Positions 32,866 to 42,288 of a stretch of 64,000 nucleotides of DNA are shown piece by piece. Each line of letters begins with the position of its first letter. The stretch's first letter is position 1. Source of the stretch: Candidatus Fervidifonticultor sextus (GTDB lineage: Bacteria; Sysuimicrobiota; Sysuimicrobiia; Sysuimicrobiales; Humicultoraceae). The notes beneath the pieces were generated by a model. The model was not told the DNA's origin. It saw nothing but the letters and a program-made list of their open reading frames with translations, and searched no databases. Where the stretch lies: the NCBI GenBank assembly GCA_031459875.1, contig JAVKHQ010000007.1, positions 1 to 64,000 on the forward strand. Reading direction: 5' to 3'. The position numbers and the translations under genes were made by a program.

Positions 32866-35127
32866 ATGGCGGTCATCGGCAGGCCCACACGCCGCGTCGA
32901 GGGTCGGGAGAAGGTCACCGGCGCGGCCCGGTACACCGAGGACCTCCGGCTGCCCGGGATGCTCCACGCCCGGCTGCTCCTGAGCCCGCATCCGCGCGCC
33001 AGGGTCGTCCACCTGGACCGGAAGGCCGCGCTGGCAGTCGCCGGCGTCACTGCGGTCGTCGCGGCGGAGGACCTGGCTCCCCTTGGCGGGGAGGCGGAAG
33101 ACCTGCTGGCCGGCGCGCTGACGCGGTACACGGGCGAACCCGTGGCGGTCGTGCTGGGCGAGACCGAGGCCGCCGCAGCGGACGGGTTGGAAGCCCTGCG
33201 CGGAGGCACCCGCTTCGAGCCGCTGCCGGCGGTGCTTACGATCGAGGAGGCCGTGCGAGAGGGTGCGCCGCTCGTCCGCGACTCCGCCGACGTCGAAGAA
33301 GGCGACACCCAGGCCCATGCCACCGTCGCGGTCGAGGTCAAGAAAGAGGCACGGCCCAGCAACATCGCCGACCGCGTGACGTTCTCCCGCGGCGATGCGG
33401 CTGCGGCGCTGCAGCAGGCCGAGGTCGTCATCCGCCGCACCTACACCACCTCGCGCATCCACCAGGGGTACATCGAGCCGCAGGCGACGGTGGCCGTGCC
33501 CGACCCGGCCACCGGCGAACTGGTGATCTACACCTCGACGCAGGGCTCGTTCTACGTGCGGTCGGAGGTGGCCAGGGCGCTGGGACTGTCCCAGCAGCAG
33601 GTCCGCGTCGTCCCCATGACCGTGGGCGGGGGGTTCGGCGGCAAGATCCTGGTCTTTCAACCGCTGGCGGGCGCGCTGGCGCTGCTCCTGCGGAGGCCCG
33701 TGCGCCTCGTGCTGACCCGCCACGAGGACTTCATGGCCGCCGAGCCCGGCCCGGCTACACAGATCGAAGTGGAACTGGGCGCCACGCGGGGCGGCGACCT
33801 GACCGCGCTGCGGGCCAGGATGTGGTTCGACTCGGGAGCCTCGCCCGGGTCGCCGCTGTCGGTCGCCGGCCTGATGCTGGGGGGCTACTACCGGTTCCCG
33901 CACCTGCACATCGAGGCGGTCGAGGTGCTCACCAACAAACCCCCCGCGGGCGCCTACCGCGCGCCCGGCGTGCCGCAGGCGACCTTCGCCATCGAGTCGG
34001 CGATGGACGAACTCGCACAGAGGCTCGGAGCGGATCCCGTGGCCTTTCGATTGCGGCACGCCTCGGCGCCCGGCGATCCGATGCCGCACGGCCGGGCCTG
34101 GCAGAAGATGAGCCTGCGCGAGGTCCTCGACGCGCTCGACCGCCATCCCGCGCGCCGGCGGCCCCGGGGTCCCGGTGAGGGCATCGGCATCGCCATCGGC
34201 GGCTGGCCCGGCGGGCTGGAGTCCGCCACCGCCTGCGTGCGCGCCAACACCGACGGCACGTTCCAGGTGATCATGGGGGCGGTGGACATCACGGGCACGG
34301 CCACCACGATGGCCCTCATCGCCGCCGAGGTGCTGGGCGTGGCGCCCGAGCGGATCCGGGTCGTCACGGCGGACACCAGCCAGGCGCCGTACGCCGGCAT
34401 GTCGGGCGGCAGCAAGATCACCTACACGGTCGGCAAGGCAGTGCGCCTGGCCGCCGAGGACGCGCGCCGCCAGATCCTGGCCATCGCGGCCAGCCATCTG
34501 GAAGCGCGGCTCGACGACCTGGAGATCTCAGACGGGATCGTCCGGGTCAAGGGGTCGCCAACGTCGGCCCTCCCCCTGGCCGAGATCGCCGCCATGAGCA
34601 TGAAGTTCGGGGCCAAGTACCCGCCGGTCTTCGGGCAGGGGTCCACGGCCATCACCCGGCAGTCCCCGGGGTTCGCCGGCCACCTGGTCCGGGTCCGGGT
34701 GGACCGCGAGACCGGGGAGGTCCGCATCCTGGAGTATGTCGTCGTGCAGGATGTCGGCTTCGCCATCAACCCGGCCGCAGTCGAGGGCCAGATGGTCGGC
34801 GGCGCGGCCCAGGGCGTCGGGTGGGGGCTGCTGGAGCAGATGCGCTACGACGAATCCGGCAACCTGCTCACCGGAACGTTCGCGGACTACGCCCTGCCCA
34901 GGGCTCCCCAGGTGCCCAGGGTCGAGACGATCATCGTCGAGGTCCCCTCCGAGGAAGGGCCGTTCGGGGCCAAGGGCGTCGGCGAGCCGCCGGTCATTCC
35001 CGCCGCCGCGGCGATCGCCAACGCCGTGGCCGATGCGATCGGAGCCCGGATCACGGCACTGCCGATCACGCCCGGGCGCATCTTCCTGGCGCTGCAGGAC
35101 CAGGACGGCCGCCCGGCGACAGGATGA
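32866..35127 (+). CDS. Xanthine dehydrogenase-family molybdopterin-binding large subunit
   Basis: KVTGAARYTED, VGGGFGGK, AYRAPG, QMVGGAAQGVG, GAKGVGEP. Confidence 0.92.
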   Translation: MAVIGRPTRRVEGREKVTGAARYTEDLRLPGMLHARLLLSPHPRARVVHLDRKAALAVAGVTAVVAAEDLAPLGGEAEDLLAGALTRYTGEPVAVVLGETEAAAADGLEALRGGTRFEPLPAVLTIEEAVREGAPLVRDSADVEEGDTQAHATVAVEVKKEARPSNIADRVTFSRGDAAAALQQAEVVIRRTYTTSRIHQGYIEPQATVAVPDPATGELVIYTSTQGSFYVRSEVARALGLSQQQVRVVPMTVGGGFGGKILVFQPLAGALALLLRRPVRLVLTRHEDFMAAEPGPATQIEVELGATRGGDLTALRARMWFDSGASPGSPLSVAGLMLGGYYRFPHLHIEAVEVLTNKPPAGAYRAPGVPQATFAIESAMDELAQRLGADPVAFRLRHASAPGDPMPHGRAWQKMSLREVLDALDRHPARRRPRGPGEGIGIAIGGWPGGLESATACVRANTDGTFQVIMGAVDITGTATTMALIAAEVLGVAPERIRVVTADTSQAPYAGMSGGSKITYTVGKAVRLAAEDARRQILAIAASHLEARLDDLEISDGIVRVKGSPTSALPLAEIAAMSMKFGAKYPPVFGQGSTAITRQSPGFAGHLVRVRVDRETGEVRILEYVVVQDVGFAINPAAVEGQMVGGAAQGVGWGLLEQMRYDESGNLLTGTFADYALPRAPQVPRVETIIVEVPSEEGPFGAKGVGEPPVIPAAAAIANAVADAIGARITALPITPGRIFLALQDQDGRPATG

Positions 35128-35334
35128 GCCCCCGCCCCAGACGGTGGGGACGGCGCCGTTGGGCCGCACCCGGTGCGGCATCCGGCGCCTGGATTCGCCG
35201 AGGCCGTCGCCCGATGATGGAGGATGGCCGGGGTGGGCGTCGAATTTTCTATTTTGGTCCGTAGGGGCCGGCGGACAACACCGGAGACCGCCGCCCGCCG
35301 CAGACCAATCTCGGATGTTCCACGGAGGTGAAAG

Positions 35335-36081
35335 ATGCGACGATTACTGTTCGCGCTGGCGGTGGTAGTCCTCCTGGTCGTGACGGCCGGTGTTCCGGCA
35401 TCGGCGGCCTCGTGGTTCCAGTTGCGGGTCAACCCGTCTTCGGGCGACTGGCGTGGCGGGTCGCCCGGATTTAGTGACCTCCCGTACACGTTCACCGCCA
35501 ACATGTTCGGGCTCACCGGCTTCTGGCAGCCGTCGGGGTTCCGGCTGGGGCTGAGGGGGAACCTCGACACGGGATCGCTGTCGTCGTTCTCCGCGGGCAT
35601 CGGCTACACCGGCGGCAACTGGCGCTGGTGGGACCTCAGCCTCGGCCTGCCGCTTCCCCTCGGTCCCGCCACGGCGTTGATCTTTGCCGGCATGGGAGAC
35701 ACCAGGTGGCAGGCGGACCTCCCGGGCGGCTTCTCGCGCCAGACCACGAGCGGCATGGTGTTTGGCGCCGACGTCTGGGTGCCGCTGAGGGAAGGCCGGT
35801 GGTACGTCTACGGCCACGCGCTGTTCGGCCCGAGCCACAACTACAGGTACGCGAACCTCGGCTTTGACCCCAGGTTCACGGGGAAGGCGGACGTGGCCAA
35901 CTACTCCGCAGCTCTCGGCTACAACTTCCCCGGCACCATGAACAGCATCGAGCTCGGATGGCGGTCCGGCGGGTTTAGGGTGAAGGACGCCATACCGGTG
36001 ATTCCTGGGGACGTAAACATCAACGGCATGGAGACCCGCTGGTCAGGCGTCTATCTCGGCGTGGTGGTGCGCCGGCCCTAG
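35335..36081 (+). CDS. Secreted protein, probable outer-membrane beta-barrel
   Basis: Signal peptide; Gly/aromatic-rich amphipathic strands; ends WSGVYLGVVVRRP; RBS GGAGG. Confidence 0.65.
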   Translation: MRRLLFALAVVVLLVVTAGVPASAASWFQLRVNPSSGDWRGGSPGFSDLPYTFTANMFGLTGFWQPSGFRLGLRGNLDTGSLSSFSAGIGYTGGNWRWWDLSLGLPLPLGPATALIFAGMGDTRWQADLPGGFSRQTTSGMVFGADVWVPLREGRWYVYGHALFGPSHNYRYANLGFDPRFTGKADVANYSAALGYNFPGTMNSIELGWRSGGFRVKDAIPVIPGDVNINGMETRWSGVYLGVVVRRP

Positions 36082-36105
36082 CCGGACGGGACGGCGGACG
36101 GATGC

Positions 36106-36129
36106 GAGGGGCGGCGGATGCCGCCCCTC
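36106..36129 (+). terminator. GC hairpin after the barrel gene
   Basis: Perfect 10-bp stem GAGGGGCGGC-GGAT-GCCGCCCCTC; weak U tract. Confidence 0.5.
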
Positions 36130-36184
36130 CGTCTTGGGCCCTGCGGCATTCTGCTATAATCCAGGTGCGCGAAGTGTCGAACGT

Positions 36185-36259
36185 GGGGACGTAGCTCAGC
36201 GGGAGAGCACCTGCTTTGCACGCAGGGGGTCGGGGGTTCGAATCCCCTCGTCTCCACCA
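36185..36259 (+). tRNA. tRNA-Ala (TGC)
   Basis: GGGGACG/CGTCTCC acceptor stem with G3:U70, anticodon arm CCTGC-TTTGCAC-GCAGG, GTTCGAATC T-loop, encoded CCA; extended -10 TGcTATAAT at 36152-36160. Confidence 0.97.
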
Positions 36260-36330
36260 ATCCAGTCAGGACGCGGGTTTCCGCCGTTGAGCCCCTCGCC
36301 AAACCCGCCGAAAAAGCAGGGGCTCACCCC

Positions 36331-36450
36331 CTCGCTGATGCCGTCGAGGCGTTCCTGCTGACCAAGCGCGTGGCCGGCTGTACCGAGGCCGCGCTCCAGG
36401 TCTACCCCTGGTGGCTGCGCCGGCTGACCGCCGAGGTGCCCGAGGTGACG
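36331..36450 (+). pseudogene. Possible tyrosine-integrase N-terminal (SAM-like) remnant
   Basis: LADAVEAFLLTKRVAGCTEAALQVYPWWLRRL resembles Xer/Int N-termini and sits right after the tRNA; no catalytic domain follows. Confidence 0.45.
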
Positions 36451-36493
36451 GCGCGGCCTCGCGGCGGGTCAAGACGGTGGGTGGTCGTGTCGA

Positions 36494-37234
36494 TCAGTTG
36501 CAGCGCGGCAGCTCAATGGAGATAGGAGCGTTGAAGTCCTGGTAGTCCATACCCATCATGGGCTTGCCCTGGTCGAACATCTCCGACCGTCGCGGCATCC
36601 CGTCTGCTGTGACGTAGAAGCGCTGCTCGCCGGCGGGCTGTCCCGGCATCCGCCACACGATCCGGTAGACCCGCACGGGAACACCGCCCAGCGTCGCGTC
36701 GGAGAGCCGCCCCACCTCGACCTCGGACTCCCCGCCCCCTTGCCCACCGCTGCTCCCGCCGCCCTCGTCCAGGGTCTGGCACCGCCACCCCATGAGGCGC
36801 TGCGCGGCCGCCTGCATCATGGCGTTCACGGCCGCCTGCATGAGGAACCCGGCGAGGAAACCGACCGGGTCCATGAAGGCGCCGATCAGCCCGCCGAGGC
36901 CGAGCGAGGGCTGCGGCACCGCCGGCTGCGCGGACCTGCTCACGAACCGGGAGGCCACCTGTCGCCCGACGATGATCGATTCGGCCGTCCCTTCCGGGAA
37001 CTCCACGACCGCCCGCCGCCGGTCGGGATTCACCACCTCCGTAAGGATCGTCATCTGTCGTTGGGCGCTCAGCTCGGGAGCTAGCGCCATGATCATCCTG
37101 TAGGTGCGGAGGGCCTGCAGGCGGTCGAAGGCCGCCTTGACCTCCTCCCAGGCCCCCGCGTCCCCGCTCACCCGCTGGGCCAGCGCAGGCGTGACCGCCA
37201 GGACCACCAGCAGCACCGCGGCGATCAGGCGCAC
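36494..37234 (-). CDS. Secreted hypothetical protein (possibly LolA/LppX-like fold)
   Basis: Signal peptide MRLIAAVLLVVLAVTPALA, LRTYRM, C-terminal DYQDFNAPISIELP. Confidence 0.65.
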   Translation of the reverse strand: MRLIAAVLLVVLAVTPALAQRVSGDAGAWEEVKAAFDRLQALRTYRMIMALAPELSAQRQMTILTEVVNPDRRRAVVEFPEGTAESIIVGRQVASRFVSRSAQPAVPQPSLGLGGLIGAFMDPVGFLAGFLMQAAVNAMMQAAAQRLMGWRCQTLDEGGGSSGGQGGGESEVEVGRLSDATLGGVPVRVYRIVWRMPGQPAGEQRFYVTADGMPRRSEMFDQGKPMMGMDYQDFNAPISIELPRCN

Positions 37235-37307
37235 TGCCCTCACCCCCTGCCATGGTCTGCGGGCGGGATCCCGCCGAGTCCGTCGTCGGTTCCCGCCGCG
37301 TGCGGCG

Positions 37308-37550
37308 CTACCCCTTCGGGTAGGAGTAGTTGACCATCCACTGCACCCCGAACCGGTCCGTGAAGCTGCCGCAGTAGTCGCCCCACACCTGGTCGGCGAT
37401 CGGCATCTCGATCTTCCCACCCGCCGAAAGCGCGTTGAAGATCCGGTCCGCCTCCTCCTTCGTCTCCGGATGGACGGAGATGTAGACGTTGTTGCCCTGC
37501 ACGAGCGTCTGCCCGAGCGACTCAAGGGTGTCGGAGGCCATCAGAACACC
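37308..37550 (-). pseudogene. C-terminal fragment of a VOC/PhnB-family protein
   Basis: LMASD...ADRIFNALSAGGKIEMPIADQVWGDYCGSFTDRFGVQWMVN; in-frame stop immediately upstream, N-terminal half missing. Confidence 0.75.
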
Positions 37551-37584
37551 ATTCTAGCAGGAGCGGCGCGAACGCGCCGGACAT

Positions 37585-37688
37585 GACAGCTCGCCCGAGG
37601 TCGCCGGGGCCTTCGCGCACGCAGACCCATACGTGACGAACGGGCCGGTCACGCGCTGGCGGTGCGGAAGTGAACCACCGTGATCGGC
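37585..37688 (+). pseudogene. YciI-family C-terminal remnant
   Basis: EVAGAFAHADPYVTNGPVTRWR/VRK*TTVIG: DPY motif with a frameshift and an internal stop. Confidence 0.55.
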
Positions 37689-37759
37689 GAATCCCTCGTC
37701 TCCACCAAGCGTCAAGCTGCGAGTTTCCGGCCGCGACAGGGTGACAGTCGAGACGTCCG

Positions 37760-39853
37760 TCATCGGAGATCGAACAGGTAGTACCCGCCGTCGGCGTATT
37801 CGAGCCGCGGGCCGTCTTCCCCGAACGCCTCCCGGGCCAGCCAGCCGCCGGGACGGCGCCACCGGACGATGAGCGGATACTGCGGGTACACGACGAGGTG
37901 TGTGAACCCGGCACGAGTCAGAACGGTGCGGACCTCCTGTCCGCTCTCGGCCGCCAGGACCGCATCCCGCAGGTCGCGTCCGAAGAGGCGGCCGTACCAC
38001 GACAGCGGCACGAAGAAGCGATCGTAGTAGTACGCCTTGTCCTCGCCGGCACCGTAGATGCGGGCCGAGGCGGGGAGCGCGCGCCGGGCGTAGTCGGCCA
38101 CGTTGAATCCCGCCACGCGTTGCTCCAGATATGCGGTCCTCGACAGCCGCCGCGCCGCCACCTGCCAGGGGAAGTATGACAGCGCCGGCGCGATCCAGGC
38201 CCCGGCCCCCAGCGCCAGCCCCACGGTCAGGACGAGGGCCGAGGACAGCGCGCCCGGGCCGCGCCGCGGCTCTGCGAACAGTCCCGCCGCCCCGACGAGG
38301 GCGGCCAGCGGGAGGACGGGCAGCAGGAACCTCAGATACTGCGCGGTCACGAACCAGATCAGACCCGACGCGCCGAGCACGCCGGCCAGCCACCGCGGGA
38401 CCTGACGGCGGGCCACGGCCAGCAGGGTGGCCGGCAGGAGGATCAGGTAGACGATGCCGAGCGTCCCGTCCTCCACGAAGCGGCCGGGGAAACGCGTGAC
38501 CCGCCACGGGATCAGGAGCAGGTCCACAGGCGACCTCCCCGTCCCCTGCACCGGCAGCGCCGGCAGCCCGCCCCCTGGCCCCGCCAGCGGGCTTTTGAAG
38601 ACCTCGTTGAACAGAGGAAATACCGGGTTCCCCGTCAGCAGCCAGGCCCTGAGGTACCAGTATGCTCCGGTGGCGGCCAGCCCGACGGCCAGGGCCAGCA
38701 GGTCCGGCCACAGCGAACGGTCCGCGCGCGTGCGCCGTGCCATCAGGAGGAACGCCGCGACGCCGGGGAGTACGACTGCAGAGGCGGTGACCTTCACCCC
38801 CAGGGCCGCGCCGGCCAGTAGGCCGACCAGCAGGGCGCGTCCAGGTCCCGGTCGACGGGCGTAGCGCTCCAGGGCGGCCGCCAGCCCGACGGCGAAGAGC
38901 ACGACCCAGAGATCGGTGTAGGCCGCCCCACCGACCCACCACACCAGCGGGGTGCCGGCCGCAACCGCCGCGCCCGCCAGGCCGACGCGAGCGTTCCAGA
39001 GTCTCGCGCCCAGGTCATAGGTCAGGAAGCAGGCCGTCGCTCCGGCGAGGAAATGGAGGAGTTTGGGCACGGCCTCCCCCGGGACGAGGGTCATGCCCAT
39101 GGCGAAGAGCAGGTCGCCGTTCAGCTGGAAGTAACTCGCGGCGTTCTGGCGCATCTCCACGATCGCGCCAACTCTGGCGAACTCGCGAGCAATCGGCAGG
39201 TGCGCGGCGAGCGCGTCGTAGCGCACCTCGGGGGCTGTGGCGCCCACCAGCCCGATCAACAGGAGCAGCACGAACCCCCACCACCAGGCCAGGCCCGGAC
39301 GCTCCTCGGCAGGCAAGGATGCAGCGTCCCGTCCACGCCGCAGGGAAAGGACGGCGCCGCCCACGCCGGCGAGGACACATGCGACCACGAAGGGCGCCCT
39401 CAAAACCCCCAGCGTGCCCGATGCGAGGCCGAGCACGATCAAAACCGCCCACCCTGCGGTGGCCAGGAGCGGCGCGGTCTGCCAGGAGCCGGTCTCGTCG
39501 GCGAGGTCCAGCCACGGTGCGAGCATTCGTCCGTAGCCGTAGGCCGCGGCCAGCATGCAGCAGGCGACGGCGAATGCCCAGGCGACCTGGGCGCCGGCGG
39601 CGATGGACGTCGCGGCGAGGCCCGCGACCGCCACCAGCAGCCAGACGGCCCGCGCCGGCCGGCGGCGCTCGAGCCACCGTAGGGCGGCAGCAGGAACGGC
39701 CACCGCCGCGGCGCCGGCGAGTCCGACCAGGGCGAGGAACGCGTAGTCCCTCCCCGGGCGCAGGAGAGGGAGTGCAGCCACGTAGAGGGCAGGGGGCAGG
39801 GAGACCCACGGAGCCAGGATCGTGGTGAGTCGGGAGAGCCGGCTCACCGTCAT
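37760..39853 (-). CDS. Multi-TM GT-C-type glycosyltransferase (ArnT/PMT-like)
   Basis: About 697 aa with many TM helices; YDALAAHLP loop, AYTDLW, GNPVFP, RFLLPVLP and a soluble C-terminal domain. Confidence 0.72.
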   Translation of the reverse strand: MTVSRLSRLTTILAPWVSLPPALYVAALPLLRPGRDYAFLALVGLAGAAAVAVPAAALRWLERRRPARAVWLLVAVAGLAATSIAAGAQVAWAFAVACCMLAAAYGYGRMLAPWLDLADETGSWQTAPLLATAGWAVLIVLGLASGTLGVLRAPFVVACVLAGVGGAVLSLRRGRDAASLPAEERPGLAWWWGFVLLLLIGLVGATAPEVRYDALAAHLPIAREFARVGAIVEMRQNAASYFQLNGDLLFAMGMTLVPGEAVPKLLHFLAGATACFLTYDLGARLWNARVGLAGAAVAAGTPLVWWVGGAAYTDLWVVLFAVGLAAALERYARRPGPGRALLVGLLAGAALGVKVTASAVVLPGVAAFLLMARRTRADRSLWPDLLALAVGLAATGAYWYLRAWLLTGNPVFPLFNEVFKSPLAGPGGGLPALPVQGTGRSPVDLLLIPWRVTRFPGRFVEDGTLGIVYLILLPATLLAVARRQVPRWLAGVLGASGLIWFVTAQYLRFLLPVLPLAALVGAAGLFAEPRRGPGALSSALVLTVGLALGAGAWIAPALSYFPWQVAARRLSRTAYLEQRVAGFNVADYARRALPASARIYGAGEDKAYYYDRFFVPLSWYGRLFGRDLRDAVLAAESGQEVRTVLTRAGFTHLVVYPQYPLIVRWRRPGGWLAREAFGEDGPRLEYADGGYYLFDLR

Positions 39854-39907
39854 CTCAGACAGGAACTCGCCGGCGCGATCGCGTAGACGGGATACCGAGC
39901 CGGAGCG

Positions 39908-40729
39908 ATGCCACCACGAGCTTCCCAGTCTACAGAGAAAGCCTTCTGGGAGCACACGGGTGATCGATTCCCTTCTCTCAAAGGGGCCCCCTCCACCGAC
40001 TACTACTTCGACTGCGAGCGCACGCTCTTCCAGGACTACTTCCCCGCCCTCCAAGACCTCCTGCTCCTGAAGACCGACCTGTGGGACGAGGCCAAGAACA
40101 CCGAGATCCTGCGCTGGGCCGCAGAGCAGGGGGCCAGACCCGTGGGGATCGACATTGCAGACAGCATCGTCCGGCAGGCCAGAGCGATCCTGCGCCGCCA
40201 CGAGGCGTGCCTGGTGGCCGATGTGCGAGCCCTCCCATTCCGCGCCAACGCCTTCGACCTGGTCTACTCCATGGGCACGATCGAGCACTTCCCCGAGTAC
40301 CGGACCGCCGTCGGCGAGATCTACCGCGTGCTGAAGCCCGGGGGCCGGGCGATCATCGGCGTGCCCAACAAACTCGACCCCTTCCTCCGTCCCCTGCTGG
40401 TCTCCCTCCTGCAGGTGCTCGGCCGCTATCCCTACGGAAGCGAGCGCGCCTTCACGCCTGCGGCCTTGCGCCGCCTCCTGACCGACGCCGGTTTTCGGGT
40501 GACGGCCCTCTCCGGGATCCTCTTCATGCCGGGCTGGCTGCGGATCGCCGACCTGTGGTGCCACCTGCGGGTTGCGCGCCTGGCCAGGCTCACCGGCTGG
40601 CTGGTCCGCCCCTTTGCCTGGGCGTACCGGCGCTTCCCTGCGCTCCGCCGCCACGGCTACCTGCTTGCCTGCGTGGTGGTGAAACCCGACGGCGCAGTGC
40701 CGGGCCTCCCTCCCGGGAAGACGTCCTGA
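39908..40729 (+). CDS. Class I SAM-dependent methyltransferase
   Basis: GIDI, ADVRALPFRANAFDLVYSMGTIEH, RVLKPGG; atypical motif I (KTDLWDEA). Confidence 0.85.
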   Translation: MPPRASQSTEKAFWEHTGDRFPSLKGAPSTDYYFDCERTLFQDYFPALQDLLLLKTDLWDEAKNTEILRWAAEQGARPVGIDIADSIVRQARAILRRHEACLVADVRALPFRANAFDLVYSMGTIEHFPEYRTAVGEIYRVLKPGGRAIIGVPNKLDPFLRPLLVSLLQVLGRYPYGSERAFTPAALRRLLTDAGFRVTALSGILFMPGWLRIADLWCHLRVARLARLTGWLVRPFAWAYRRFPALRRHGYLLACVVVKPDGAVPGLPPGKTS

Positions 40730-42288
40730 TGGCCCTCCCCTGGTGGGGAGAAGCCGCCATGCTGGCCAGGCTGGCCCGCGACCTCGGGACCTTCCTCCGC
40801 ACGCCGGTGACCGTCGAAGCAGCCCGCGAGGCCACGCGGGCACGGCTGGCCTCGCGCGAGGCACGCTTCCTCCGGATTGCCAGAGAGCTGATCTACGGGT
40901 ATCCGCGCAGCCCCTACCGACGCCTGCTGCGCGCGGCCGGATGTGAGTTCGGAGACCTGGAGCGCCTGGTCGCCCGCCTGGGCCTGGAGGCGGCGCTCGC
41001 CCGCCTGGCCGCCGACGGCGTCTACGTCACCTGCGAGGAGTTCAAGGGCCGCCGAGAAGCCGTCCGCGGGAACCAGCGGTTCCACTTTGTCAACGCCGAC
41101 TTCGACAACCCCCGCGCGGCGGCGCACTATGCAGCCCCAAGCGGCGGGACGCGCGGGCCGGCCGTCGCGGTGAAGATGAGCCTGACGTTCATCGAGGACC
41201 TGGCGACCAACACCGCGCTGGCGCTCCACGCGCACGGCCTGACCGGGCACGACCACGTGATCTGGCTGGTGGCCGGCGTGACCCCGATGCTCATCTACGC
41301 GAAGCTGGGCCGGCCGCCGCTGGCCTGGCACTACCAGATCCCGCCGCTGCCGGTCCCAACGCGGGCGGGCTCCCGCTACCTGGCCCTGCTGGGCCGGCTG
41401 GCGTCGATCCGGCTGCCGGCCCCCTCCTTCCTCGATCTCCGGAACCCCGAGGCGATGGCGGCCCGCCTCGCCGGGCTGCGCCGCAGCGGGTCGCGGGTCT
41501 GCGTGACGACCTACGCCAGTTCCGCGGTCCGCATCGCCGCGGCCGCGCAGGAGCAGGGGCTCGACCTGTCAGGGGTCTGGTTCATCACCCTGGGCGAGCC
41601 CTTCACCGAGGGCAAGCGGCGCATCATCGAAGCCTCGGGGGCGCGCGCGCTGGTCCGTTACGCCTTCACCGAAGCCGGCATCATCGGTTATGCCTGCGCC
41701 ACGCCCCAGGCGCCCGACGACCTCCACTTCTTCCGCGACTGCTACGGGCTGGTCCAGCGGCCGCGCCCGGTGGACGCCGCCGGCCTGCAGGTGGACGGCT
41801 TCCTGTTCACGTCGCTCCTGCCGTCCGCCCCCAAGGTCCTGCTTAACGTCGAGAGCGGCGACTACGGCGTGATCGAGCAGCGGCCGTGCGGGTGCGGCCT
41901 AGGCGAGGCGGGGCTGACCACACACCTCGCTCACATCCGCAGCTTTGAGAAACTCAGCGGCGAGGGGATGACGTTTGTCCAGACCGACCTGCTCAGGGTA
42001 CTGGAGGAGGTCCTGCCCGCCCGCTTCGGCGGGACGGGCACCGACTACCAGATCCTGGAGGAAGAGTCAGACGGCATCCTGCGGCTCGCGTTGATCGTCA
42101 GCCCCCGCGTCGGCGCCGTGGACGAGGACCGCCTGCGGCGGACATTCCTGGAGGAACTGGGCCGTGGGGGAGCCGTGGCCCGGGTCGGCGCGCGCTTCTG
42201 GCAGCGCGCCGACACCATTGCGGTGAGGCGACAGTGGCCGAAGACCACCCCGGCGGGGAAGATCCTGCCGTTCGAGATGGCACAATGA
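40729..42288 (+). CDS. PaaK/CapK-like adenylate-forming (ANL) ligase
   Basis: PSGGTRG (P-loop), LGEP, YAFTEAG, ESGDYG and terminal AGKILP resemble ANL motifs; TGATG overlap. Confidence 0.65.
   Translation: MALPWWGEAAMLARLARDLGTFLRTPVTVEAAREATRARLASREARFLRIARELIYGYPRSPYRRLLRAAGCEFGDLERLVARLGLEAALARLAADGVYVTCEEFKGRREAVRGNQRFHFVNADFDNPRAAAHYAAPSGGTRGPAVAVKMSLTFIEDLATNTALALHAHGLTGHDHVIWLVAGVTPMLIYAKLGRPPLAWHYQIPPLPVPTRAGSRYLALLGRLASIRLPAPSFLDLRNPEAMAARLAGLRRSGSRVCVTTYASSAVRIAAAAQEQGLDLSGVWFITLGEPFTEGKRRIIEASGARALVRYAFTEAGIIGYACATPQAPDDLHFFRDCYGLVQRPRPVDAAGLQVDGFLFTSLLPSAPKVLLNVESGDYGVIEQRPCGCGLGEAGLTTHLAHIRSFEKLSGEGMTFVQTDLLRVLEEVLPARFGGTGTDYQILEEESDGILRLALIVSPRVGAVDEDRLRRTFLEELGRGGAVARVGARFWQRADTIAVRRQWPKTTPAGKILPFEMAQ

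Larger units (their letters stand above)
36260..37708. mobile_element. Decayed tRNA-Ala-integrated islet bounded by a tRNA 3'-end duplication
   Basis: GAATCCCCTCGTCTCCACCAA (36240-36260) recurs as GAATCCCTCGTCTCCACCAA (37689-37708); the interior holds gene fragments. Confidence 0.75.

Noticed and set aside
32866..35127. Aerobic CO dehydrogenase CoxL
   Set aside because: The active-site loop is AYRAPG and no coxMS or accessory genes are adjacent.
37760..40864. 1034-aa ORF as a single protein
   Set aside because: The first ~337 codons are antisense to the methyltransferase; the hydrophobic protein begins at ATG 39853.
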